DNA from: Lama glama | Lineage: Eukaryota | Direction of reading: 5' to 3' | DNA: 64,000 nucleotides | Assembly: GCA_028534125.1 (NCBI GenBank) | Contig: CM052818.1 | Coordinates: 42,410,001-42,474,000, forward strand | Part shown: positions 11,649-24,950 of the stretch, piece by piece | Numbering within the stretch: position 1 is the stretch's first letter | How the letters are laid out: each line of letters opens with the position of its first letter | Made by a program: the position numbers and the translations under genes | The notes under the pieces: model-generated | Databases searched by the model: none | The model's input: the letters and a program-made list of their open reading frames with translations, nothing else | What the model was told of the DNA's origin: nothing

Positions 11649-14600
11649 GTGAGTGGGTGCCTCAGGCGGCTTTCCCGGGGGGTAGCCCTCCCCCTTCCCG
11701 GCCCTTTATTATAAGCAATATCAGCGACTGTACTTGGGGAACACTTAGCTTATGTTATCGGCAGGTAAAGGCCCATAGTTTGTAGCCGATCAGATGAGGA
11801 ACAGCAGCGCCGGGAGGCTGCTTCGAGGCGGCTCCCTCTTGGTTGGATCTCTGAAGGCCTCTTCCTCTCACAAGTCCCAGGGTAGAGCCCTGTCTTCGCT
11901 TTTTTGTGGGGATGCCCTTTTATGTCTAACTCAGTTTTCTGCTCCAAGGGGTCATGGTAGCTCAAGGGTCACATCTGTGAACCAGGCCAGTTGGTAACGA
12001 AGTGGTGGGCCGCAGTGGCCCTCGGGGGGTAACCAGCTGTGCTGTTGGACAGCACTGTGATAAGACTGCACAGCCATGGTGTTTATTCTCTGTGAACGTG
12101 GTAGAAACTCAGCCACTTCCACTTTGACTCTTGTTCTCTATTTGATCCCATAATACGACTGTCACAGAGATATCTGTGTTATATATAAATATATATTAAT
12201 TACAGCCCCTGCTGCGGATCTGAGCTCAGCAGTATATTGTTTGAGCAATTTACCTGTCTTAAATGTAAGCATTTGGATAATGGCACTAAACTGATTAATT
12301 GGTTTTTGAATTTCTACCTCATAGGAGATAAACTTGAAAATAAAATTGTAAATATGATTCTCTGAATCCTCATTGTAATCACTCCAGGAAAATATTCTCA
12401 TTATGAATGCACATTTAATGAATTATTTTCTGAATGAGGGACTGGCTAAGTGTTTTCTGATTGCATTTTAAAATGTTGTATCCACTTAGAGGAGTTTTCC
12501 AACCACAGCGTGACAGAACTACTCTATAGTGCCCTTACTCCAGTGGCATGCGATTTGCTTGTATCAGCTCCTGATTTACTGTGAGCTGCCCTGCTGTACT
12601 GTGAGCAGCTGGAGGGGGGAACCAGGGCTGTGTCATCTGTTTCGCCCAAGGCAGGAATCCACATACTGCAGGGAGTGGGGACTCAGTTTATTACCCCCAC
12701 CGAGGTAGATAAGATGTGAATAACATGGGTTTCATCTTTGCCTTAACATAAGCTAAGGTCAGGCATTGCTAGATGAAGACCAAACACCGGAAGTGTCCCG
12801 CTCGGAGTTCTGCCAAGTCTGGGTTGGCAAACGTCACTCACGTCACTTAGGATCTGTCGCTCCTGTGGAACCAGCTGGTGGTAATGGCAGTGACTGGCCT
12901 TTGCTGGCACCCTGGGGCCTTCACTTCCGCTGTCCCGTTTCACTTTCGTCATCACCCTTGAGGGGGTTCCGTGCCCTGCATTTGATAGCTCGTGCAGTAG
13001 AGGCTCTGAGGCCAGGGGTCCCGCCCCAGGTCCCTCGGGCAGTGAGTGTACGTCTGGTCCTCAAGTCTCCGTGCTTGAACGCTTAGAAAATAAACACTTC
13101 CAGGTGGGCGCTCTCACACCCCTGGGGTGTGTGCATATTGAATGTCAGCCTTAGGCAGTTGTGTAAGTTTTATTGTCAATTTTTTCCCTTTTGTATGATA
13201 CTTCCCTCAAGAGCAGCCTGTAGTGTGTAGGGTCTAGATGATCGGTGTTTTAGATGTTAAGTGTGAGGATCTCCATCAGTACCTAAAGATTTTTTTTTAA
13301 ATACTGAGTTACTTTGACTATAATTAGTTCTAAGGCAAAGAACGTAATTTAGCTGAGAATATGGCCATTGCATCTCTGACCCACACATCATGCCAGTAGC
13401 TGCATAATCGAGGTTCAGTAACAGTTACATATGTCATCTTCTAGCCACCAGGGGGTGGGTGATAGGTAATATCTGAGTGTCCATGGCAGAAGTAAGTCCT
13501 GTCAGGATTACACTCAAAAGTCTAGGGGAACCTTCCAGGACATATAAGGAAAAGTGTGTTCTTTTTATTGACCAATGTATAATAAGGTATGCTCTCTATT
13601 TCCTATTTAAAAAAAAATAAAAGACTTGGTGGTTAAATGAGAAGCTAAACAGCTGTAATGATGTGAGGATCCGCCTCCTTCTGCAGCCCGGGTGAGGTGC
13701 TCGGACAACGAGAGTAGCATGTGAAGTGTATTTGTAAGGCTCCTGTTTGGTCTCAGAATCATCTGGTCAGTGATCCCAAGTGTTTTGAGGAAATCAGCCG
13801 GCGCCTTAAGCACACACCACACCACACCGCCCCGCAGAGGCGGCCTCACAGTGGAACCTGGAGCAGCACGGGCTTGAGCAGTGTGGTCCACTTCTACGTG
13901 GACTTTTTTCGATGCTAAGTACTAGCGTGCCCCCCGGGGTGCGGAGGGACTGCGGGTGCGGAGGGCCGGCTGGGAGTTACACTTGGACTTTTAAGTGCGC
14001 TGAGCGCCGGCGTCCCAACTTCTGCATAACTCAAGGTCGGCTGCACTCACCTCTCCTCCTTGTTAGGACCAGGAGCATCTGAAGGGCAGGGGCCTCAGAC
14101 CCAGCACAGCAGAAGGAGCCCTGTTGTGGGGCCACGACACGACCTGTGGCCGGAGAGACTCTGGACCTCCGTTCTCTCGTCTCTGAAACAAGGGTTTAGG
14201 GTGGGTGATCTCAGGGGGCCTCTGGTTCTGGCTGTGCTGCAGGGTCTCCAGTCCAGGGAGGAGCATGAGCGGAGGCTGTCTGTTTACTTCTCCGTGCACA
14301 GCACAGGACTCACTGCCTCTCGTGATCTTGGGGTGAGGAGGAAGGATGGGGTTGAGCCCCCTTTTGAAGCAGGTCGTTATCGCTTCTCTGTTCCAATTGG
14401 ATGCGATGAAAGATCATTATCAAAAGAGTTGTGTTGCCCAGTGACTGCTTCTTTTTGCTGCTTTCTGCCTTTTAATTGGGTGCATTTGTGGATTTTTTTC
14501 TTAGGATGTCATGATTAAAGGAACTTTGCTCAAATGGGTACTATTTTTATTAATCGCTAAATGTGCTCAATGTGAATTAGAATTGTTACAAAGGAAGGAA

Positions 14601-17164
14601 CTTTATTTTACCACATTTGGAAATTATATAGCCTCATTTCAGAGTTCCGTAAGATTGACTGTCACTATGGCCGTAGAATCATCCATGACTCAATTTTTTA
14701 CTCTCGTATCTCCGGTGCCCTCCTGCGTTGTTTGTGAAGTACGTTTGCTTGATTACCTCTGACAGGACTTAAAGGGCCCCACTTTTTCCTTCATCCCTGT
14801 TCCCCACCTCCCCACTAGTTTCCTATAGGTAGAGGCTTTTTATTTCTCGATTCTTCAGGACGCCTTTTTGTGATTACCTGCTGTTGCTCATGGTACTTGT
14901 TTACTTATGGCCTTGATGGTTTTGCTGATGGGAAATATTGCCAGAAAGAGAAAGTTGCGGTTTCTCACAGGTCACGTGTCCACGAGTCTTGAAAGTCACG
15001 CATCCTTCTTCTCAGCTTGTATCCATGGCAATGAAACATTCTCAGGAGTAGGGGGATCTGTAGAATCAGAAACTGGCGTAAAACAAGTCCTTGGCATTTA
15101 GGTTTAAAGCTTCAAGTTCCAGCCGCCCCTTAGTGTCCATGATTTTGCCGAGGTGCAGATGCTGTGGGTGGGGGTGTGGAAGTGAGACGCCCAGCGGAGC
15201 CCAGCTCCTAAGTCTCAGCATGACTGTTCTCTCTCGTGGTGGAGGCACTTCTGATGATGTCAAGAGCTCGATTTTTAGCCTCGACAACGCCTGTCCCGGT
15301 AAACCTTGTGCCCCACGCTCTTGTCGCAGGCCCTGCAACACCTTTAGGTGCTGGATTCCTCCAGACCAGCAGGAGGGTTGTGTGAGAATGGAAGGTCCAT
15401 GGTGGACCAGTCCTGCTTCTCTGACAGCCGTCAGCCACAGGGACCAGGACATCACTGTAAGCCACAGTCCACAGGCAGGACAGATGCCCAGAGTTCTGGC
15501 CCGGCTCTGGGCCCAGGCCCACCTGCTCCTCTTCATTCAAGGTCTCGTGTTATACTATGTCTTGATGGTCAGACAGACTTGAGCTGTGAAGGTGCCATAG
15601 AAGGGGTTCTGGGGTTCACTCTGCTACTTTGCTCTTCCTTGCAGCTTCCAAAATCCCTTTATAAATGTCCTAGTAAACTTTCCTCTTGTAACACAGGGGG
15701 AAATACCTGGTGAGCATAGTATAGTATTTAATTACAGGGTAAGTGTTTAGCCAGTAACTATTAGCTGAGTGATAAAAAAAATACTCAGTAGCTCTCATGA
15801 AATGAGTTGTTCCATGGCTGGGTGTCCTTGCCTGGCTGTGGGGTATCTATCCATTGTGTCTGCTTGAGGGAAATAAAGGTTATTTCAGTAAGTTTTTCAT
15901 CAGAGCCAAGATCAGCCAAGCGATGCGCTTAGTCTGAGCATCACACGTTGCTGAGAAATACCTGCTTGCCACGTACTGGTTAACTTACCGAACAAGCAAA
16001 TACGAGTGTTCAGAGAGGGCAATCCACAAATATTCTTAGGTACAGTATGTACCAAGTTTAAACTTCATCCTCCCAAATATTCCCTGCAGGTGTAGGCATC
16101 CCCGGGTTAAAAATCCGCATTTCTCTTCGGCCCAGATGCTGGGTGAGACCCCTCTGTGTGTCCTCTGTGCTTTAAGGCACACGCAGCACTTTTCTGAGTT
16201 AGAATCCATGTTTGAAGTACACGTTTTTCAAAACTGTTACCTTGGTGATACTGATCGTTTTCACACAGGTTTGTGTGGCACAACGTCCAATCTGATTTCC
16301 AGCAGAATCCCGCTGGGTGAGAGCTAAAAAAACCTACAGTGAGTGGAATTCCAGAGACCTTTCTCCCAAGCTTTAAATAGGAGCTTCTTTGTGTCCACCT
16401 TATTTTATCTACACTTTATAATAATGTAAAGGAATTATGAAAATATCATGAATTTGAGTTTTCCTTCTCTGATACGCTACTGTTACAGCAGCACAAGAGA
16501 AAGGTCAGACCCATACAGGGCAGTGATTCTCAGTTCTTTCAGAAACAGACCTCGCTGTATGTAATGCAGTTACACTCATTGTCTGGTCTTTGGTCCAAGT
16601 GTTCTGTTCTTTATGTTACAGCTGAAGTCAGGACACCGAGGGAACATATAACTCAGCAGGGAGCGCTAGCTTGCAAATTTATTTTCTATGCTTTTATACT
16701 TTTGTTGTGAACGATGATCATTTGTTATCTTATATAGAAACCTGCTGTCTGATGACAGGTTTAGCCATGGTAAAAAGAGCCAAGAATAAAATTCAAATGC
16801 ATCTGTGGAGTTCCAAATACATTTGGATTTTTCTGGACCACAGAGTTTTCATGAAGATGGAATATCTTAAGTATATCAAGCACTCGGTTTACCTTGACTT
16901 TAGAATTAGAAACAGATTTTAAAATATTTGAAATGCTGATTTCCTTTGTTACAGTAGATGATAACTGGGTATTTTTGATAGTATTAATGGTTGATAATTT
17001 TGTTGTTAAGCATCTTGTAAATGCTGAGCATTGTGCATTATTAGTCACTCATACTTATTCTCTCACACACACACCCATGCAAAACACTGCGAAGTAGATA
17101 CAGTTACCTCCATTTTATTTATGAAGAAATGAGGGCTCTGAGAGTTTAGGAAAATAAATTGTAG

Positions 17165-17310
17165 CTGTCTGTCCATCCAGTGGGATGCTATGCAACCACT
17201 AAAAGCAGTGCCATGGACGAGCATCCGATACGGGGAACGACGTTCACAGGAGATGGCGAAGCGAGTGAAGCGGGTACCCAACACTAAGTCAGTGTGGTCC
17301 CATGTGCACG
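17165..17310 (+). mobile_element. Degenerate L1ME-like 3' UTR fragment
   Basis: tgggatgctatgcaaccactaaaa resembles the recalled L1 motif atggaatactatgcagccattaaaa; ends in gtgtggtccca (cf. gtatgatccca). Confidence 0.5.
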
Positions 17311-17416
17311 TTTCGCACAGACACGCACCCTCGTGGGTAAAGGTGTGGGAGGACCGCGCCCGGGCGGCCCAGCGCTTCCCTGCTTTCTCACTCACGTTGT
17401 CGCCTGGTGCTTTCAG

Positions 17417-17545
17417 GGTGTGAAGGAGCTGTGCTCGCTGCTGCTCCAGCAGTCCCTGCTGCTCCCGGCCCTGAAGCTTCTCCTCGAGAGCCAGGACGAA
17501 GGTCTGCAGGCCGCGGCGCTGGAGCACGTCACCGCCATCACTCAG
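17417..17545 (+). CDS. NBAS: NBAS penultimate coding exon (about human exon 51), 129 nt
   Basis: Acceptor gtgctttcag|GGT, donor ACTCAG|gtactc. 43 codons GVKELCSLLLQQSLLLPALKLLLESQDEGLQAAALEHVTAITQ, in frame with the prior exon and similar to recalled human GVKELCLLLLNQSLLLPSLKLLLESRDEHLHEMALEQITAVTT. Confidence 0.96.
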
Positions 17546-19507
17546 GTACTCCGGGGGACTTTCCTCTTCTTTATGTTTCAGAGAAATGAACTCATGTAGC
17601 CATTCTCATAAATAACAACCACGACTTACCTAGGACTGTCTTATGTACCGAATTCTCTGAATTCTGTTTGTTTAAGTAGATACTTGTTTGTTTTACGAAC
17701 ACTTAACTAAGTTCCTCCTGTGAACCACACGCTGTGTTTAGATGCCAAGAGTACAAATCCATATGCCAAAGCGTTTCCTCCAGGGAAGCAGTGGGTTAGT
17801 CTCTTAAGTAAACGTCAGAGCATCCTAGGTCCACCGGACTAGTCCTTGCCACCTGAAATTTGGGCGAAGCACTCCTAGTGTCAGGCAGGTTTTCTAGGCC
17901 TGGATGTGTGTGTTTGGTTATCTGCTAATTAAAGGTGAGAAAGCGGCTGCAGGAAGTGCTTACTGGCGCCACGGGACGTCTCAGCTCGCGTTTCCCCCCG
18001 GCAACATACACACCACTGAAGCTGCCTCGCCTCACCTCCCGGCTTGAAGATGGGGCACTGGTGTCAAGGCTCGAGATCCCACTCAAGGCTGGTTGTCTTG
18101 TTACCATGATTGAGGGAGAAACTTTCACTTCCCTTTTTAAACTTCACACTTTAGGATTAGATAGCGCAGGGTTGTGTTTTAATGAATTTGTGTTTTATGA
18201 TCGTTATTGAAACCTCTCTGTAGGGTGATCTTCTTTCATCTGAAGCGTGTGTGTGTGTGTGTTTTAACAAAAATATAAGAGGGTGTCTTCCAGGCACCAG
18301 AAAGGAGAGGAGAATCCTACTGCAGAGGTGCAGTGAAGAGACTGATTAAAATTCGCCATGATGTAAATTTTGTTAATGACAAAGGAGGCAGAAAGTGAAA
18401 CGTAATTGCATTTGGAAATAGTCATAATGAACAAAATGAGAAAAATCTAGTACCTTTATTCATTTAGATGTATTTTCAAAATAATGCAAAGCTTCTGTGA
18501 AGACTTTGTGAGTATCCGTCATCACAGATCAGTGCGTAACAGGGGCCTTTTCAGAAATCAGTCTGCAGTAGGAAGGGAGGGGGCTTGTCTGGTGGTAACC
18601 TCCCTGTCTTCTGGGCTCAAATAAAAGTTGCACAATGCTAGGGATTGACAAGAAACTAAGAGCTACAGTCTTTTCTTAGCCGATTTTTTATTGTAAATCC
18701 AAGAAATCAGGAGAAGGGGAAACTGAAGAAAATCAGGCTGCATACTTTCAATGTTTTTTTTTTCCTCAGCACCATTGTACACTGTATTTGTATCTCGGCT
18801 TAGGTGTTCCCACTAAACTTTGCCATGGGCCTCTTTGAGAATAAAACAGTGATGTATTAAAAATTGCCTTTCCCTGTTCGTCCTGCATAGGGACTTCCCA
18901 ATGCCCTCCAGAATTCCATAGGTCAGTATATCAGTTTTCACTTTAAAGAGTCTTTATCTCGAATGCATCAGTCAGATGTAACTAGAATGCAACTAGATGT
19001 AATTAGATGCAACTGGAACAGAGACGCCCTGACTGTGAACTAACCACGCCACCTGCTCTCACACACCACACACACACACAGTCAAAATAAGAAACCACAT
19101 GGGAATGCTGCAACACCCAAGTCATTTTTAAACGGCACTAGGGCACCGTCATAACGCTTCCACCTGCGCCTCTGACGTGCAGCATTGTGCTGAAACTCTG
19201 CGGTCGTGAGGCCTCGCTGCAGACTGTGAGTGGTTTGCCTGGGGTTGTGCCAACACCCAAAAACCTCTGTGGCCTCCAGATGCAGAAATCCACGCCAGCG
19301 GTGTACTGTGCTGAGGGGACGCACCTCCCTACCCCGAGACCCTTACTTACTTCTAGGAATTCAGTCATGAGACTTTCTTGAAACTTCTCCACACTGTGTT
19401 GAGGATTCACACTGGGCTAGCTCCTCTGTGACCTTAAAGTGTGTTTAGAGACCCTTTTGCCTCCTCCAAAGAACTCAAGTGTTACAGAGTTTCCCAGTTT
19501 TTCAGTA

Positions 19508-19892
19508 CTTTTTAACTTTTTATTTTGAGGTAATTTGAGTTTACATTCAGTTGCAGGAAATAATACAGATCTTTTGTACTGTTCACCTGGCTTCCCCCAG
19601 CAGCTCCAGCTTGCATAACTACAGTGTAATTATAACCAGGACACTGACAGTGATACGGTCTCTGGACCTTCGATTTCATACTTGTCCATGCCCTCATGTG
19701 TTTGTCTGTGTGTAAAGTTCCGTGCACCATTGTCACACGTAGATCCATGTGACTGCCACTCCAGTCAGGGTACAGAGCATTTCCATCACAGCCCTTTATA
19801 GCCACAGACACCGTCTCCCTCCCCACCCACCCAGCAACTAATCTCCATCTCTGTAATTCTGTCATTTCAAGAATGCTGTATAAATGGAATAA
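19508..19892 (-). mobile_element. L1MC/MB-like 3' end fragment
   Basis: T-rich start ttttaactttttattttgaggtaattt and typical caactaatctcc...ctgtcatttcaagaatg...taaatggaat. Confidence 0.8.
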
Positions 19893-21451
19893 GAGATTAC
19901 TGTAATTCATCACTGCTCTCCCAGCACCCTTAGAGGGTCATGTCACACTTTCCTAAGGGAAGCATTTCACTGGGCCTTTTCGCAGGGCTCCTGGCAGGAT
20001 ATTTTAGATTATGCTTGGCATTGCAGTGGAAAACAGAGAGCATTTGCTTTCTTTTGTGTGTGTTCGTTTTGCTGTTCGCTCTGCCCAGTAGTAGGGGCCC
20101 TGCGTTCATCAGCTTGTTTCTCCTCTATTGGTTGTGGACGGCAGGTCCTGTTGACATTAAGAGAAAAGGTGAAGAGCCTCCTCTGACAGGCAGTCCTTCC
20201 TGCACAGGGCCCGGATCCAGATGGAAAAATGCCGCCTCTCGCTTGCTGACGGCATGTGTTATTCCGCTGTTCGCGTTGAGATACTGACAGCTTTATAGGT
20301 GCTTACATGCAAAAGGGTGATACTCAAGTGCTGATGCCTGAGGTTGTGCTGGCCGTTCAGCAGTGAGCCTCACTCCTTCCTCTGAGCTCTTCTGAAATTG
20401 CAGTCCTCTGGTGTTTGCCATGTCCTTTTTACAAATGGCCAACAGCCTCTTTCCTGGGCCAGAAATAGAAAGGCCGTCTTAGAAATTATATTGTTGATGA
20501 ATGATTAAAACCCTCATATGTTCCAGACTGCTAGATCAGCCTCAGAGAGATTTAGAGCTCCCCTTCAAAGCCGCCTTCTTTCCAAGAAGGCTCTTCCTTG
20601 CGAGTGTGTTTGAATCTCATCTCTGGGATAGTTCCTACCAGGTGGGAGTCTCCTGACTCATCTCATCAAAGTAAGCAGATGTGTATTTATAGCAGCTTCA
20701 TATACAGAAAAAGTCCCCGCTTCGTGTTCCAGATCTGTGGTGGCCTCTGCTCGTCACTGCTTCCCCCTTTTCAGGACTGCCTCTGCCCCCACCCCACGTC
20801 CCAGGGACTGTCCTGGACCACGTGCCTATTAATGGAATACTTTATGGGATTATAAAGGAAGTGTTTAAAACGTTTAGCCCCTAATTGTTTCTCCCTGATG
20901 CTAATAGCAACCATCTCCCAGTACCAACTTCAGAGTCTGCCCTCAACGGTGCTGCTGCTTTCGACGGAACTGGGCAGGCTCTCAAAACGGAGGAGGGTTA
21001 TCTCTACAGAGAAATGAGGGTGCTGAAAGCATCTCGACCCACAGAATACCAGCGCTGGGAAGAGAAGTGCAGAGCGAGTCTGACGGCCTGCCTGGCATGG
21101 GTCTCCTCTTTAAACCTGCTGAGTCACTGGGCCCTGGTCAAGTCCGATAGGAGGAGGGAGCCCGCCGTGCTCCGTGCCGCGGTTTGAAAGCCCTCGTAGG
21201 GGAGTGCCTCTGGGATGAAGGCTCGCCCTGTGTCTTGAACATGTGGGTCTCAGTCCCGCCCTATGTTGTTGCTCAGAATCAGTTGCTTCCACAGGGAAGC
21301 CCTTCATGTTTTTAATAAATGTGATTATTATCCCCTTTAATTTTGCCATGAAGGCACTGGAACCTACCAGTGGACTCACAGTGACCAGTGTCTCGGTGGG
21401 AGGGTGAGCTTTAAAGATCCTCAGAAAAGCCTGCTTGGATGAACATATTTA

Positions 21452-21640
21452 CAGTAGACCCTGGGACATCCCAGCAGTTCATCCAAGCGTAACTGAGAGC
21501 TGGCCGTCCCCATCCAAGGTTCCTCCACATCCATGGATCCACCCAGCCAGGGACTGTGTGGCGCTGTAGCATTTACTGAAAAAAATCCACATATAAGTGG
21601 ACCAGCGCAGTTCAAACCCACGTTGTTCAAGGGTCAGCTG
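21452..21640. mobile_element. Tigger2-family MITE (MER8-like) with TA TSD
   Basis: TA|CAGTAGACCCT at the left and gttgttcAAGGGTCAGCTG|TA at the right: imperfect TIRs and TA duplication typical of Tc1/mariner. Confidence 0.82.
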
Positions 21641-23689
21641 TAGATAAAACCATGAGGCCTCCCTTCCTTCATTCCCCCTTCAGCTCCACCCAGATTTCTA
21701 GCTAGTACCTCCCAATGGGAGTCTGTTCCTCTGTGGTCCTCCTTCATTTTTGCCTCCTCCGCGTTGAAACCAGGCTCACACTCTCCTTCGTGCCTCGGCG
21801 GGCTGTGCTAACAGGCGCATTGGGCTGGGGCCTGACAGTCTTGCCAAGTCCTTCTTTGGTTTCAGCCCTAATGTCAGCTGGTTTTCTTCTAAGTGTATCC
21901 AGACCAAGCTAGGCCGATGTGACCCAGTCATTCAAAGAAGAATCAAGTGCGTGCCTTCCTGTGTATCTTATAGATGTCAGCTGATACTAAACTGATCCCT
22001 TATTACATTGCTGTTCTTTTGACTCTTTGAGTACCAGGCTCTTTTTCGTAGAATTTTGGGCATTTCTGCTTATTTCTAAATATCATTTTACCCTGAACAC
22101 ACCTAGATGTGTTACTTTTATCCGTCATCATTTGTCCTCAGCCAGTGGTTGGTCTTCTCGATGAAGGAGGCTCTGCAACCACATATCTCCCGATATTCTC
22201 GGCTGGATGCCTCTAGTGACAGGCAGCTCACTCCCTGTAGGTTAGCCTGTTCCATTTCTAGACAGCTCTGAGGGTTGGTTGACTGACTTAGTGTGAATAG
22301 GCATATTAAGTACCCACCATGCCCAGCCTGGTACCGTGAGGAATGGGTAGGACATTTGTAAAGATGAAATACAACACTATCCCTGTGTGCAGAGGAATTA
22401 TCTCCTGGGGTGACTGACATGAAACAATAACACATGAAATTGAGCAGAGTAGGAAGGGGCCATAGTGTGGGACTGGCCAGACTCAGGGTCCAAAATGGAG
22501 CATTTGATTCTGGTCATCGAGGTGATCAGGCCTGGGTCTTCAAAGAGTCTCTCCCATTTTCAGATCCTAAGTCAGAGGATTGTCCTAGCGTTGGCTTCAG
22601 AAGAGGTGTACTGTTAAATCTCAGGCTGGGAGTGGGGCTGATGGAATGCTGAGACATGGAGTCTGAATGTCATACAGATAAATCCAGAGAACAAAAATGT
22701 ACCTGCAGGCATTTTTCTCACTCCAGGTGTACACTAGTGTTGCCCATGTGTTTCCTTTTTCTGCTCTGGCAGTTGATGTACCTAGTAACTCTCATTAGTA
22801 ACAGTATATGTAGCAGTGAGACAAGTGCCCTTCCTAAAGTAAACAGTGAACTAATATTAAATAATCTCCTTTAAAGTAATTGAGCTGAGGTCCCGCATGC
22901 ACTATGCTACTGGGATTTCAGCTTCCCTCATTACGGTAATCACTCTTAGCTTCGTACAGATCCATAAAATCAAAGATTTAATTCAGAGAAGGTTCATTAC
23001 CTATTGTTGAAACGGGAATTAAGCAGATAACATTTTAATGGCTTGGAAGACAGCAGTGCTTTGTGCTTTAATGGATTTTTTTCCTCAAGATCCGCAAAGT
23101 TTCATTTATTCTCAGGAACTAATCACTGACTGGAAAACCAAAATCACTGATCGAGGAGGCAGGCGCTGCACTCACTTCATGACGTCGGTAAGGCCTAGTC
23201 CTGTGCTTTGGTCCTGGTTTCTTGGCCCTGGTAACTCCAGCCGCTCGCTAAACTTGAACTCGACAGCAGGCACTGTGCTAGGCACTCAAAAGCACTGACG
23301 AGCTCAACCTCTGTGGGCAGTCTGCATTTCACACGTGAAAACTGGGGCCCGGAGAGATTGTCCGTACCAAGGTCACACACCGGATTAGCAAAAAAGCCAG
23401 GACTGGAAACAGGTGTCTAGCCCAAAAGCCCGTCTGCCGTCTTTTCACAAGACGACTGCTCCTCACTCTAATTCAGACTTACTTGATCAGAGGAATTAAA
23501 TCAGCTAGTCCTCCTGGACTCGTCTCGTATTTATTTCAAACATCCAGCTGAGTCCAAAATAACACAATATAGTTTCTTCCCCAAGCTCTTAAAGCACCAA
23601 TCAAGCCAATGTCAGGAATGTGTGATTTTCTGCAGACCATATACCAGAGTGATTCCTGATCAGTTCAAAAGGTAGATATGTTTAAAATC

Positions 23690-23812
23690 AGAAAATAAAA
23701 ATATTATTACATTATATATAAAAAATATATATATTATTTTGTATATAGATATTTTATATATAATAAAAACATTATATATTAAAATATTTTTATATATATG
23801 TATACATACACA
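23690..23812. repeat. AT-rich (TA)n low-complexity tract
   Basis: About 120 nt nearly all A/T. Confidence 0.9.
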
Positions 23813-23819
23813 TATCAAA

Positions 23820-24950
23820 TCCTTCAAGTATAACTCCTGAGCTTTAAAGCAACAGGGAAAGAATCATAAAGGAACAGATTCTTTCCTGACAATATAAAAA
23901 TGTAAAACTTCTACAAGAAAACAAACAACCAGAACAGAATTGCAAACAATAGATTAGAATGTTCACTATGACTAAAATCAGGGCTAATGTTTAAGTTATA
24001 CAGAGAACTCCTTTGCATGTGAAAGATGATGCTGTAACTCCAGTAAATGAGCAAAGGACTTGATCCTTCCCACAAGGAAAACATGATAGGAAATGTATGG
24101 AAAAAATTCATTCTTGCGAATAAACAAATTCAGATGAAAGCATCTCTGAAGTACCAGGTTAGCAAAGTGATTTTCTTTTCAAAATAAACACACCCAATAC
24201 CCAAACACGCTCACAGTGAGAAGGGCACGCTCCTCCACGGATAACTGCCGCTGTGAACCGGACGGCCGGCGTTCCTGCGTCACTGCCTTGCACTCACGTC
24301 TCAGCCAAAACGTTTCAGATGCTTTGCCCCGTATTTTAGTCTGCGTGGGCCGCCATAACAACGTGTGACAGACTGGGCAACTTCAACAACAGAAGTTTAT
24401 TTTTCCGAAATTCCAGAGACCCGGAGTCCAAGGTCAGGGTGTCGGCGGAATTGATTTCCTTGGCTTGGAGATGTCTGCCTTCTCCCTGTGTCCTCACGTA
24501 TGCCTCTTGGCTTATATGTGTGTTCTCTTCTTGTAAAGACACCAGTCCATTTGGATTAGGACTCATTAAACCTATTTACCCCTTTAAAGTCCCTGTCTCC
24601 AAATAGAGTCACATTCTGATGTATAAGGAGTTAGGACTTCAACATACGAATCTGAGGGGCAATACGCTTCATCCCAGAAGACCCCAGTTACACCTCTCCT
24701 AATAGTCTATCCTAAGGAGAGAATTCAAATAAAGAAAGTGTATGTGTAAGACATTCACTTGTAGTGTTTCAATAATATTAAACAATTAAAAACCACTATT
24801 TATAGCAGGAGAAGTTAAATAACTACTTTGCAGCCATTAAACTTTTTCAGAATGAAAACTGTATAAAAATATTTTTAAAAATTCTCAACATATAACAAGA
24901 AAAGTAGGATAAAAATATCATATGATTGATTGTGGGGAAATATCTGCATT
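23820..24950 (+). mobile_element. Highly diverged L1ME-like fragment interrupted by an MLT1 LTR
   Basis: L1-like motifs (aatataaaaatgtaaaacttcta, aaatgagcaaaggacttga, tatcctaaggaga) are colinear on both sides of the LTR. Confidence 0.55.
24330..24681 (-). mobile_element. MaLR MLT1 (A/B-like) solo LTR
   Basis: gggccgccataacaa...aacaacagaagtttatt...gtccaaggtcagggtgtcggc...ggagttaggacttcaacata are hallmark MLT1 motifs. Confidence 0.85.

Noticed and set aside
17546..17599. Read-through of exon 51 giving an alternative C-terminus VLRGTFLFFMFQRNELM*
   Set aside because: A GT donor sits at the conserved boundary and no AATAAA follows closely; the missing exon is better explained by the gap.
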